From assembly GCA_045837725.1 (NCBI GenBank), contig JBEWZL010000063.1, positions 1 to 64,000 of the forward strand: 64,000 nucleotides of DNA. The letters run 5' to 3'. The notes beneath the pieces are model-generated. The model ran no database searches, was not told where the DNA came from, and saw only the letters and a program-made list of their open reading frames with translations. Made by a program: the position numbers and the translations under genes. Numbering within the stretch: position 1 is the stretch's first letter; every line of letters begins with the position of its first letter. The DNA comes from Vermamoeba vermiformis (Eukaryota). Positions 36,845-49,797 of this stretch are shown here, one piece after another.

Positions 36845-39800
36845 ATGAAGCACAACAGTAGAAAATATGGATTATTATTGTTATCAATCATATTTGTAAT
36901 ATATAATGGTAAGGCGTTGCAGCTTTAAAAGACACAAGTTGATAGGATCGAGGACTCACGTGGTTGATTCAGATTACGTTATAACAGTCATATTAATTTA
37001 CAATTAATTATAGTGAATATTGTTAGCGGCCAAGATGCTGTAAGCACGATTTATAACCAGATTTACCAACATATTGGCTCCATGCAATGTGTGAGGCTAT
37101 TAAATACGACAGCATATGTAGGATGTAATAGTAAGTATAATTATGCTATTTAAATAATTTTTGGTGCATAAACAACGCGAGAATATTTTTTGTATTTTTT
37201 TGTAATTTTGAAATTGCTTTTCGTTTAATATTATTGTTCTATAATACCGGCATATTTATAAATATTCTACATTTAATTTTTTGCAATATATATTAATGTG
37301 CCAATAGCTCCTCGAAGTGGAATAGATGGCGTACTTTATTATTTGTCTCAAGCCAGTGACTACGACAAAATCAGCGAGCATGAATTGTTCCACGATATTA
37401 AGTTAATTATTGTCATGGAGGCTAAAGATTTGACGAGGTAAGCTCAACACTAAAAAAATTACTTTATCGATCTAACGAACTTGTTAACAGGGATCTGGTG
37501 GATAAAATGGCAGGAAATTCCGAGATAGCCGGTGCTTTAGTTTATGCTACCCCAAGATCACAAGGTAAGTCTTATTAAAATGAAACCAATTAATCGCATC
37601 TCCGATCCAGCTAACCAAATTTTCTCTCTTAGCACAACCTTTTTCAGAAGACGCGAAATTTCCCAATTTCCCTTCAAGTTCAGCACCGTACTACGAGTGG
37701 AACCCTAATGGCAACAATTTGCTGTTAGAAGTTTTGCCGTTCCCGATCTTCTTGTTGTACGACACTGAAAATCATCCAATTCGTCAAGTAGGTTTAATCT
37801 AGTTGATTTTATGCCGGATGTACTAATATGGTAATATTTGCAGCGTGCTAAAGAGAATGTGGCCAAGACCGACTACCCTTTGTGGGCCTCTGAATTGACG
37901 TCCTTTATGTACGCCACTGACAACTCACAAGTTTGTTTGCGACGCAGTAAGTGTTAAATATAGACCTTATAATCATATATATATATCTTATGATGTTATT
38001 CATGATTAGAAACGTGTTTGCCCGTCGGAGGTTACTCCGTGTGGACTTCACTTGCTGGCGCTTTGCCGTTCCCAACCGAAGATTCTGCACGATTAGTAAG
38101 GATAAAAATAACCGTAAGTGCAATTTCCTAATTTGGCAATCTAGATTCTGTCATTAAGTAGCATTGACACTGCGGGTCTTTGGGTCGACAGAACTATCGG
38201 AGCTGAGTCCGACATGTCAAACCTCGTAGCACAATTAGCAGCGGTCAGCACCCTTGGTTCAATGGCACGTACAGCGGAACAATATAAATTAATGCAAAGC
38301 TAACCCGTTACCGTAAACAGAAGGACCTCGACAAGTTGCCCAAGAAAATTGTGTTTGGATTTTTGAACGGCGAAAGCTGGGGCTATTTGGGCTCGAAGAA
38401 GTTGCTGGCAGACCTTCGTGACTTCAAATGCCAAAAATGGTCCGACGATAAGACGTCGTGCTTGGATCCGCAACGTGGTGGCATTGAATTCTCGCGCATT
38501 GCTTTGGACCATGTTGACGCAGTCGTTGAAGTCAAACAAGTTGGTGCTATTCAGCCTGGTACGTCACGTGATTCAAATTTATCAAATTTATTTCACGTGA
38601 CTTAACAATTTTAACTGCAGGAGGTAAAGCACTTTACGTTCATCAACCGAATCATGATCCCAATGCTGCACCTGCCAAAGCTGCTCTCGACGTGTCTAAG
38701 GTCAGTATTAATATATGTATATTTGTATTTGTTCGTATATTTAATATTATCTTATTGCAGAACATCGCCAACCTGACCGTTCAAATGGGATCCAGAGATC
38801 TGACCAGTTTGCCTCCCAGCAGCTCTTTGTCATTCTTGGACGCTGATTCGTCGCTGAAATCCAAGACTATTGTTATTACTGACCATTACAAACAATACGT
38901 CAATCAGTAAGTCAACTCTGGATCTGCTCGTGTTGACGGATGTGCTAACAAATTTGCAGATTCTACCACAGCTCATTTGACGATTGGACCAATGTTGATG
39001 CTGGCCTCGTGTGTCACGCCAGCACCGTCCTCTCGCGCACATTGCTCGCTCTCGCTGGCTACGCCGGTGGATACAACGATGTGCAAGTGAACTGCACTTT
39101 TGTCGCCGAGCTCTTGGACTGTTTTACACGCAATGCCACGTGCGATCTGGCACTGCAATACTTCCCTTCAATGCGTAAGTGTACTTATTAATAGTACGTT
39201 GTTGCTGATGCGTGAGATCTACCCCCCTAGGTGCGAACACAGATCCGCTGTCAGCCTACCCCAATCACTACACCTCCGTGTTCCAACAAGGTGCTGTGAG
39301 CATGCACGTCAAGTTCATTCACGACATTGTCGCGTACAGCAATCACATCAATGCCAATTTGTCACCGTGCATCAACGACGGTAATTGTACCGAGGTAAGT
39401 ACAAAAAAATCATTAATTTTAGGCTCTTTGGCTCCTCCTTAAAATAGGGGCTCGAGTATTTATAAATTTAGGGTACCCTAAATTCATTCGAATTTTGTTA
39501 TGAGCACCACAAGTCCGATATTACAACTCCCAAATTGACGCTATTTTTGGGCTTCATTTATACTCGAACCTTGTTTTAAACAAGGACATGCCAATATCAT
39601 GAGTTTAAAACCTTTCGCTTAATAGTGTTCTAATTTTTATGCCATTTAGGGCGCTCAATGCATTCGATCGGTGTGCGTGTCCTCACCGACGTACTATCAC
39701 GAAGCACGCAGCACGGGCATTGAATACGACGGCACGCTTGGACACTACAAGATTGTCAACCCTGATGAGCCTAATTGGACGGAGCCTTTGTAAGGACCTT

Positions 39801-39992
39801 TTTTTTGAATCATGGTATTCATATTAACGTTGTTATTATAGCTGGGGACCACTTGGTTTGCGAATGTACATGGTCGATCGCAACAGCGTGCAAATTGGCT
39901 TTTTGATCGGTGGAATTGTTGAATTTATTCTCGCGTGCGGCATCATCGTGTTGATTAAGCGCTATTACGCGAGTCATTTCAATCTGTTGTAA
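36845..39992 (+). CDS. NCSTN: Nicastrin (gamma-secretase subunit)
   Basis: Signal peptide, CVRLLNTTAYVGC, EWNPNGNNLL...PFPIFLL, CLPVGGYSVW, FGFLNGESWGYLGSKKLL, LPPSSSLSFL, YHSSFDD, WTEP, and one C-terminal TM helix with a short tail. Confidence 0.92.
39417..39610. mobile_element. Degenerate MITE-like insertion in a nicastrin intron
   Basis: Left end ttttaggctc..ttggc..tcct..ttaaaatagggg.ctcgagtat resembles the reverse complement of the right end (ttttaaactc..ttggc..tcctt..ttaaaacaagg.ttcgagtat). Internal palindrome aatttagggtaccctaaatt. The intron is several-fold longer than its neighbours. Confidence 0.5.
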
Positions 39993-40222
39993 ATTCTATT
40001 TTTTTCGAAGTTCCCAAGCTGCCTATTTACTGCGTCACTTTGTTATTAATCCTTCAAAATAATCGCGAATTAATTTGCGCGGCCATTTTCTGCAAACCAG
40101 GATTTTTTGGGTTGGGATCAAAAAAAATCCCAACGCGATAATCTTGGTCTATTTTTACGCTCCTTAACAATCGATCTACTAATACCTACTATCTTAAATA
40201 ATCTTCTGTTTTAACTAGCAGA

Positions 40223-41778
40223 ATGGACGTGCCGCGAGAATCCAAATCGAAGACCGATTCTGTTGCAAGCAAAGTAAGTCTCTAAATATTACTTTGATTG
40301 TATTTTCATTATTAATTATGAATGTCGTAGAAACACAAAAAGGCCGTCAAGCGAAAGCGAAATAGCACAGAGGACTCGGATTCACAGGACAAACCAGCAA
40401 AAAATAAACGAACAAAGCTCCTAACACGTACGCGCACTATTTAATTATACCCAAATTTCATAATAATTTTTATTTCAATTTTAGCCGTCAAATATGGCTT
40501 TCTCGGCGTACAAGGAGACCAAAATTTTGCGGTACGTACCACTAATAATTATTTTCGTTTTTTTAAAGCTTATCTTATTTAGGACGGAATACCGTTTTAC
40601 ATACCAACACGCGCCTATCACCAGCTTGTAAGGGAACTCACTAGTACGTAACGGCGCTTTAAACTACGTGAACAATCGCTAACTAATTAACTACTGCTAG
40701 GCAAGTCAGCCACGTTCATGACTAACGCAGCTGTCGTGACAGTGTTCGATATGTCCGGTGTAGGAAAAACCACCCTCTTCAAAGAGGTACGGCATTATTT
40801 TTGAATAATAAGAACCGCGTACTAATTTTAATTTTAGGCCGCTAAAGCAGCAGATGCGTATTGCTTCGCTGTGAGGACTAATACTGCTGGTCCCTTTGTG
40901 AATATTCATGAAACTGCAAAGCGTGCGATCGACCAGTTTTTTTCAGACGGGAGTGCCTGCCAAGAATATGTCATGCCTATACTAGATAACGTATTCAAGC
41001 ATGCGTTTGCAATCATGTTAAACGAAATCAAGGACCATCTTGTTAATGGACTAACGGCCAATTGGTGCCTTCTACAACGAAACGGACTTGACGCCGTGAA
41101 CAGTGGCGTCACTCCAAACCCTCAAAGCGTGTTGCTAGAGATTGCTGCATTGTTAAAAGTTAGTAAAATTTCATTTGCGAGTATCTTTAACGGTGTTGTC
41201 AGGGCCAGCCAGCAATAATTCTGAACGACGACATCCAAGTGTTTGCAACACACCTCACTACAATGAGACAAAATAGCTTGCCAGGACGAGTCTACGAGAA
41301 ATACAACAAAGAGAAGAATCAGTATGGTTGGAAAGACTTTCTTGTTGTGGCGTTCTATCGTGTGGTGTTTGCACTCACACTTGTTGGAAGACAGCATAGA
41401 ATTCTATTCTGTCAAGCAGGGACATTCAATTTTGAGAACATTTTTCCGGGTCCTGCATGCAAATCCATTGAAAGCATTAGTTCTTGTTTACCACTGGAAC
41501 TATTTGATATGGACAAGTGCAAGACATTGTTTGACCGTTTTTGGCACTTCAACATTACAAACAAGGAAAAAGAAGGATTGCTTGGTCAATTGTTGGGCCC
41601 ACCAAGATTGATGGAGTACTTTTTTAGAGCAATTAGCACTATCGAAAAATCTGCTGACAAAGTTACTTGTGAGGACTTGCAAAAGGCAGTTGACAGAGCA
41701 ATTGCTAGTCATGCAAAAACAACAAGCCAACAGCTGTGTGATGTTGATGACGGTGCATGTAAAACTGAAAAAATGTAA
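40223..41778 (+). CDS. P-loop NTPase resembling crinkler-associated (CR-type/STAND-like) NTPases, probably truncated
   Basis: Basic NLS-like N-terminus, Walker A DMSGVGKTT (~40748-40774), Walker-B-like ILNDDIQ and helical GPPRLME motif. Stop at 41776-41778 soon after. Confidence 0.6.
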
Positions 41779-43204
41779 AAACAACGGAAGAAAAACAGCG
41801 AAACCTACACGTTTAATAAATGATCTTTGGTAGCGAACGAAAAGAAGTGACAGATGTCGCTTTGCCAGCGCCTGTCTCTTGTCTATAGACAAAATATTCC
41901 TTTTTTTAAATCGGTTTTCGAAGCAGCGTGGTGAAATCGGATTGGTTATTGCAATCGATCTAGTTTCGCAGAAAACTGCAGTTGTAACGAATAAAACACT
42001 ATTTAGCATACCAATGCTATTTTATATACAGCTTTAATTGGAGTTCTTTGCGGACTTTGCAGCATGAGTGGCACTTTATCCGCACAAAGTCGCCTGTACG
42101 AAAGATCTCGTACGGCTAATTGGAAATTTAATGATCTTAAACTCTTGCTACTACTACTACTAGTACTTGGTAAGATCTATTGTCAACTGCTCCTAGATCA
42201 GGCCAACCTCTCAGAATGCTCCTCAGACTGGTTGAAGGCTACGTGTACATCCAAGGATTGTCAGGCTCGGATGGCAGATGCGCAACTGTGCGAAGTGCCG
42301 GTATTGAATCTTCTCGTGCACACGATGCGCACTACCTCTGTTATTCGTACGACGCTGGAAAGACGCTTACGAAAGGGTCAGATTGCTCGATCCAGCCTTG
42401 ATCGAGATTCGCAGCAAAAAAAAAAAGAGATGAGAGATATCTGTATATTAATCAGCCTATGAATTATCAACAATGACATGCACCATATTTAGTGCACTAC
42501 TCTGACTCGTCATCTAACCTTCATGTTAATATCAGATAAATATCGCATCAAGTTACCGTTACAAACCTTTTTGTGAGTGACGCGCTGATCTGCTGATTTT
42601 TCTTGTGGTACTCATTTGCATACGTGAACTAAGCATCATATTAATCAGAAATCATTCTCAGATATGTTGTGGCACGTAGAACGCGAGCATGGGACCGAAT
42701 CGAGCAAGCTTAGCTGAATCTTGCGTGACCTTGCGAGCTTAACTGTGTTAAACGTATCTAAAGTTTGTGTATCGTCGGGGTAATCAATGGCACGAGTAAT
42801 AGATTTTTTCAGACTCCTGCAGAATTTAAAAAATTAATACAACTTGATCGAGGTGCATCAGCAGGCAAAATTACCTACAGTACTCTCCGGCAAATATTGC
42901 AGTGATGCGACGCACAGTGGATATAATTCTTAAGCTAGACGTAAGAAATGGTACGTAGTTGCTTTAGATTTGCTGTGCAAACTTCCTTCTCGATCTGACG
43001 TCATCTAACTAACGCAGTGCTACCGTCGTAGATTTTTCAAACAAAAATATTTCACCTAACAACTTATTCTTAAGAATTTGAGAGGTCACGTCCGGTGTCT
43101 CCTAATCGATCGATAAAAGCAAAAATAGCGCGCAAGATTTTTATTTGAAATAACCTGTCACAACGAGCATCAAAGAGGACACTACGAATAGCTAATATAT
43201 TATA

Positions 43205-43960
43205 ATGGAAACTAATGGTTCAACAATCGAAAAGTATCACGCTGCAATGGAGATCTTCAACGCGCATCCAACCGGCAACCAAGCACAGAACTACCTCGTG
43301 GAACAGGGGTTAATAGGAGCTGAAACGGTCGACCACGAGTTTTCGATTATTTTGGTAAGTATAATCAGCCTAAATAACCTCTCTTTTTGAAATCTTTTGC
43401 ATTTTACAATATGCGTATTTTACAGCATAAAGTCGCGAAATAAATTTTTAATCCACCTTATGTTAGAACACCTACGCAAATTACGTCGATAAAGCAGCAT
43501 TGGGGGCGTACTTAGGTCACGTGAATAACCAAGATAAATGCCGGCAATACATTCAAACTATTAATGCGAGCGGGCTTGTTATCGACGAAGCCTTAAGAAA
43601 GTTTCTTGGTAAATTTAAATTGCCTGGCGAAGCACAACAAATCGACAGGCAAGTTATAGCATGATATTTGATTTTTTGCCCCTTTTGTTGTCGATCTAAT
43701 CGTATTTTTTCATTAGAATTTTGGAAATATTTGCTGCGGAATATTTAAGGCAAAATCCGGACGCGGCACCTACTAGCGAGCCATTATACTTATTAAGCTT
43801 CGCTATAATCCTGCTTAATACAGACCGACATAACCCACAAGTCCAACACAAGATGTCTCGAGAACAGTTCGTTCAAACTGTTACTTCAAGTACGAACGCA
43901 TTTACACCTAATTTCTTGGAAGCAATTTTCGATCGAATTGTGGCTAATTCTCTCTTGTAA
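43205..43960 (+). CDS. Stand-alone Sec7 domain ARF guanine-nucleotide exchange factor
   Basis: [42 protein letters not shown] (Glu finger intact), YLLSFAIILLNTDRHNP and KMSREQF. The second intron, 43649-43716, is GC-AG. Confidence 0.92.
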
Positions 43961-44204
43961 AGAAAAGCCAATAGTAATTTGTCGGATCGACGTCCGATTT
44001 TCTACCGTCGCAACAACATTGAAGTTGTGAAGATGGTAATGTTATAATTATAATAAAGAAGGTTTCAGATTTGGTTACCTCAGATTTACACGATTAAATC
44101 GTGGGCCACGACAAAATCTTATTTTTGACATGCTCGACGAGTAACTCGCAACAAATAACGTATTTATTGTATTAAATATTATATTGTATATTAACAAATG
44201 AATT

Positions 44205-47200
44205 ATGAGCAATAAGGTCCAAGATAAGATATTGGCGGTCAAAACACGTAAAGGTAAGCCAGATTTCACATCTGTTCCCTCTCCACAATTTTTATTTTGA
44301 TTAATAATATTTTTTTGTGGCTCGATTGATTCTATTTTTGAAGTATAATGCCTGAATTTAGGGAAACTTAAATATGAAATAATTTACAAATTAATTTTCG
44401 AATTCCATTTACTTTGGAAGGCAAATTTAGCCTCAATAAATACGCAAAAAATTAAGCTATTAATGATAATTAATAATAATGATATTGTTGGCCCGATTCA
44501 AATCCCCCCCTTGTGTGAATTACGAATTTAAAAATTATAATTATCAGTTTTCTGGGCGTGGTAGTCGTTACCCCAGACCAACCATAACAGCGACGTACCA
44601 ACGATACTATAGTTGGATATATATGCTATCGCTGCCGCTAAGAACCAGGCGGCTGGTTGTTGACTGAGCGCCAAAATAAATTCCTTAACTTTATTAAAAA
44701 TTCGAATTAAAATTCCTAAAATGCACAGGGGGGGGATTTGAATCGGGATAACAATAAGGGACTTTAAAAAGAGTCTGACTTTATTGCCCACCTCAATTAT
44801 AATTATTTAATTAATTTTAATTAATATAGGACGTGTTGCGCGTATTGTTCGCGAGCATTATTTGCGCGGTGATATTTACTGCCAATATTCACAATGCAAA
44901 AAATGTCCGACACAGCCCAACGCACTGTTATTGCCTCCCGAAGAATACAGCCATATTATAGTGCCTGATACTAAAGTCGTTGACGATTATCTTGAATTGT
45001 TCGAATTGCCTGACCTCAAAAACATCGTTTTTGCGCAAACCACCGTGCAATTTGTAAGTAATTTTGTTCATGAATGAAACTTATCATTATTTCTTACTTT
45101 AAAACGAATTTATCTCCCTATCGATCATATAATATCAAAATTTAAAAATAATGCAAGGAATATTGATATTTTATACTTATCTACTTTTATCAAACCGAGA
45201 TCCGTCAATAATTTTATCGCTAATAATTTGATTTAGATCCAAGAGAAAACAACCACGCGCACGTACCAGCGACTAAGATCAATCACAAAAGATATTCGAC
45301 GCAGTTCAATCGTGTTTGCAAATGAAAATTTCAATCAGACGTTCGTCGAACGAGACACGAATGAAACTCTTGAAGACCGAAATCATCGAGGTAACACTCG
45401 CTATAACAATAATAATACATCAATATATTATATCAAGCGTATTAATACAATCACAATTCATAATGATGATGTATATAGTAACGTTGTATTGTTTTTTTAG
45501 CGGTGATGATGGTGGCTGATTGGTACACGCATCATTTGCAAGGAAAAATTCCCGTGTTTTATGTGTCTGAAGATATCATTTGGCGAGAAAAAGCGAAGGA
45601 TATTGGACTCAATTCGATGAGCTTGAAAGGTACGTACGATCAGTGGATCCGCTAATTGTCAACTCAACATTAATGTCCAACTTATATAGAGTATTTGGAC
45701 AAGTATCACGGCGATAATTCGACTGTGTTGGGCTTGTTCGACTCACTCTCATTGTTATTGGCGCAAAAAGAAGAAAATGAAGGCCTTTCACTTGATGTAC
45801 CGACTCAATTCGAAGATGTAAGTAGTGATAACTGATTGAGTATGTTTCGCATATGATTAATATAATTATTTGAAGTATTTGCCAGACGACGTATTGGACG
45901 CGAAAATTAAATCAGGAGCGCTTTACCAAGGAAAAATTCAGTGTCGTGCGAGTAACCCTGAAGGTACGGCATAATGTCCATACCAAGTACACAGAATTGC
46001 GATAATAATATTATGTTGTATTATAGAGGCCGAGGTGAGATTGGGCGAGAAGTCAGTTCTCGGTCGCGATATTTTGATTCCGAGCAAAATCCTGCGAAAC
46101 AGAGCTATTCACGGCGATATCGTCGCTGTTGAGGTAACATTGACTTACATAATATTACTTTCCTATATTAACCTATGACTAGTTATTGGATAAGAGACTA
46201 TGGCGAGCACCTTCGCAAATGTTACGAAGTGGTGTCGAGGACGGAAATTCTCCGGCAGGCAAGTCGAGCGGATCTGCTGCTTTTAATAGCATTTTCTCAT
46301 ATTGTATTTAGCTCCTGAGGCTGGCGATAGTCTTGGTGAAGCAAGGCCGTGTGGTAAAATAGTCGGAATTATTCAACGAAATTGGCGACCTTTCGTGTGT
46401 ACGTTGCAAGTCGAGGAAAGGTAAGGGTTCGAGTGGATCTGTATGGGCTATCGATCATTTTATTAACTTTATTTTTGGTTCAGTGAAAAGGATGGAGGCA
46501 GTGCACCGCAACAGCAACAAAAAGCCGAGAAGATTTTGGCGGTTCCTTGGGACTGGCGAATTCCACTGATCCGCATCCAAACCAGACAATTCAGTCAGCT
46601 GAGCAATCAGCGTATTGTTGTAAATATAGACTCGTGGGATGTTAACTCAACGTATCCTACCGGTCATTACGTGAGATCTCTCGGCGAGATTGGATTGGCT
46701 GAAACGGATGTGCAAACCTTATTGGTTGAGAATCAAATTTCATACAGCGAATTTGGTCCTAATATGATGAGCTCGCTGCCGTAAGAATTTTGCAAGTATT
46801 TTTCATACATTACTAAATATGGCATTGTTAGTACTAAGAGCTGGACTCCACCGCCCGAAGAAGTTAAAAGGCGCCGAGATCTGCGGTCATGGCGAGTATT
46901 TTCAATTGATCCTCTTGGCAGTCAGGTATATATAATAACTAACTATTATATAGTATGTTAATGATATTGTTATATTAGGATATCGATGACGCTTTGTCAG
47001 TAACCGAAGCTCCTAACGGAAATACATTGATCGGTTGCCGTACGTACTTCTTGATTTATTTCCTTATAAGGAAATCGAATGACTAATATCTATATTTAGA
47101 TATTGCCGATGTGGCATACTTCGTTAAGGAAGATACGTTGCTCGACTACGAAGCCAGATCCCGAAGCACGAGTGTTTATTTGGCTGACCGAAGAATAGAC

Positions 47201-49677
47201 ATGTTACCTGCCATTTTGTCCGAATGTAAGCGAATATTAATGCCTTTATTACTATATTTGGTAATAATTTCTGGAATTTTAGTTTTATGCTCGATCCGTT
47301 GCAATCAAGAACGATTTGCGATGAGCGTGATTTGGGAGTTCGACAAAAAGACTAACGAAGTGGTTGACACGTGGTTTGGCCGCACAATTATCAATTCTAA
47401 ATATGAATTGAATTATCAAGAGGCGCAGAACATAATTGACGATAAAGCTGAAGAGAAAAAGAAGTTTGGAAATGAATACAAATCACTGCGAGAAGATTTA
47501 TTGAAACTACGAAGAATTTACTTAAAGATACGCGTAAGTATAACGGCCAAAATTTTCCTTCCCTCAAACCACATCTGCATCCGTTACAAAATTTTTTTTT
47601 GAATTAATTTTTCAGAGAAATTCTCCAATATATTTAAACGAACCTTAATGCATTTGAATTTTTGTGCATATTTTTAAATAAATTTTGCAGGACAAACGGC
47701 TTGCGAGCGGCGCATTAGAGTTGGCGAGCAGTGAAGTTCGGTTCGAATTGGACAATAATAGAAACCCGACCAAGATCAGTAAGTACCATATTATCATAAT
47801 ATCCTACGAAGAGATATTAACACGATTGTTATAGACACGAAAAAAGAATTAGAAGTGATGAAATTGGTCGCTGAGTACATGATCTTGGCCAATTGTTCCG
47901 TGGCCGAATTTATTTACAAGAAATATCCTGAATGTTCCTTATTAAGAAGACATCCTATGCCACGTCTAGATGCATTTGCTGAAGTAATTGAAGCTGCTGC
48001 CGCCAAAGGTACGAACGCAGGAAAAAATTTCCTTTTTTGGAAATACCGATTTTTCCTACAAACTGCTTCTTCTTTCAAAGAGGTATCAAATTTTAATATG
48101 GTTGTTCTATATTTAGGCATCACTATTGAAACGTCGACCAATAAGGCATTGGCTCAATCATTGGCGAAAATTCCAGCAGTAGTGAAAGACGAATTGATCG
48201 GGCACATTATCAAGAACTTGACCACGACTGCCATGGCCGAAGCAGAGTATTTCAGCACTGGTTCGTTCGACATTACCGAGTACTATCACTATGGTCTTGC
48301 CGCAGACTTCTATACTCACTTCACGTAAGTGCAGATCCCGCTAGATCTGACTCCTGGCAGATCCAAAAAAAGGACATGGACATTTAGAATGAATTGCTAA
48401 CGATATATTCGCAGGTCTCCTATTCGTCGCTATGCAGACGTTGTCGTTCATCGCATTTTATTGCGTGCTTTAGCTGATCCAAAACCAGGCGCGTACATTC
48501 CTAATCAACAACTGCAAGAGTTGGCACGGCACATCAATTTGAAGCACAGAACCGCTAAACAAGTATGACTTATAATCATAAGGCGACATTTATATTAATA
48601 TTACGTTGTAGTGTCAACGAGATTCAGTGGATCTGTTCGAAGTCATTTTCTTCAAAAAGCATCACGTGGTCGCTGATGCAGTCATTTTCAACATGAAACA
48701 AAACGGATTCTACGTGTTCGCGCCCAAGTACGTACAATTACCATATTAGGATATGACAACTTTGGTCTAACGTTCCAATATTATTATCCAGATATGGTAT
48801 CAAGGGCACGGTATATTTGAAAGACAAAGACGGCCAATTAATTATTCCGGACAATTGTTTGTCGTTGAATCCAAACTCGTACGAATCATCGCTCAAAGTG
48901 CTCGATGTTTCACTGAACGAAGAGCGGAACAAAATGGGACTCCGAACGACTGGCGGAAAAACATTCTGGGTTGAGTTGTTTGATCACGTGACTGTCAAAA
49001 TTTATGCGGGAGAATCGCGTTCGCATTTGCCACCAATCAAATTCGAGCTGATCCACTTTGGCGAAGACGCCGAGCTGAAAGAGAAAGGCGAGCAAGGAAT
49101 TTCAACCCCGATTGACAAAGATGAGGCCGGGTACGACGTCTCTGGAAATCCCGGAAGCGGCGAGACCGGCGCAAACAAGCAAGTGACACCTGTCAAAACG
49201 TCAACCAACAAAAAGAACCCCGAAGAATGGACGCAAGAAGAAGAAGATTTCTACGAATTTTCACAGAGCCGTGGTGAAGAGACCTTGTTTGGCGTGCTGG
49301 AAAAATTGAACGATCTTGCGCTGACTGAGAACGTGGCTGTTGTTAACGGGCCAGCGAAGATCTGCAAATCTATTTACAAATCTGGAATGAAGGGCCGAAG
49401 ATTGTTCGGGTAAGTGTATTATAACTAATCACGTGCTCACTTTAAACTGACCAATCAGCGCACGATCTTACATTATTTCTTTAAATTGACCAATCTGATG
49501 TACTTACATGTTTTATTTAGCAAACGCGATGAATTGTACAACGAAGAATGGGACGACGATTTGAGCTACAGAAAAGAAGTCTCGAACAAATTCACCAATC
49601 AGATTGTGCGCATGGAGAATGAGCTCAAGACGAAAGCGATTCAGCTGATTAAGAGCAGAAGATACGCGAAACAATAA
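44205..49677 (+). CDS. DIS3L: DIS3-like 3'-5' exoribonuclease, most similar to DIS3L (DIS3L1)
   Basis: GRVARIVREHYLR, PDTKVVDDYLELFELPDL, FANENF, RNRAIHGDIVAVE, PWDWRIPLIRI, RNB motif SIDPLGSQDIDDALS, VAEYMILAN and [26 protein letters not shown]. Confidence 0.9.
44483..44756. mobile_element. MITE with ~33-bp terminal inverted repeats and TA flanks, in DIS3L intron 1
   Basis: Left TAttgttggcccgattcaaatcccccccttgtg versus reverse complement of right TAttgttatcccgattcaaatccccccccctgtg. TA at 44483-84 and 44755-56 fits a Tc1/mariner-type target duplication. Confidence 0.8.
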
Positions 49678-49797
49678 ACAAAAAAATCTTCCATTATATA
49701 GACAAGTTTCCAAAACAATCTAAAAGGGGCCCCCTTCCAAATTTCTAGAATTCAAACATGATTTTTTTTGCATCCGCTTCTTTTCATTTTATTTGTG

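Noticed and set aside
41800-43150. Possible gene or ncRNA between the NTPase and Sec7 genes
   Set aside because: Only short ORFs with no motifs, and no tRNA, snRNA or snoRNA signature could be identified.
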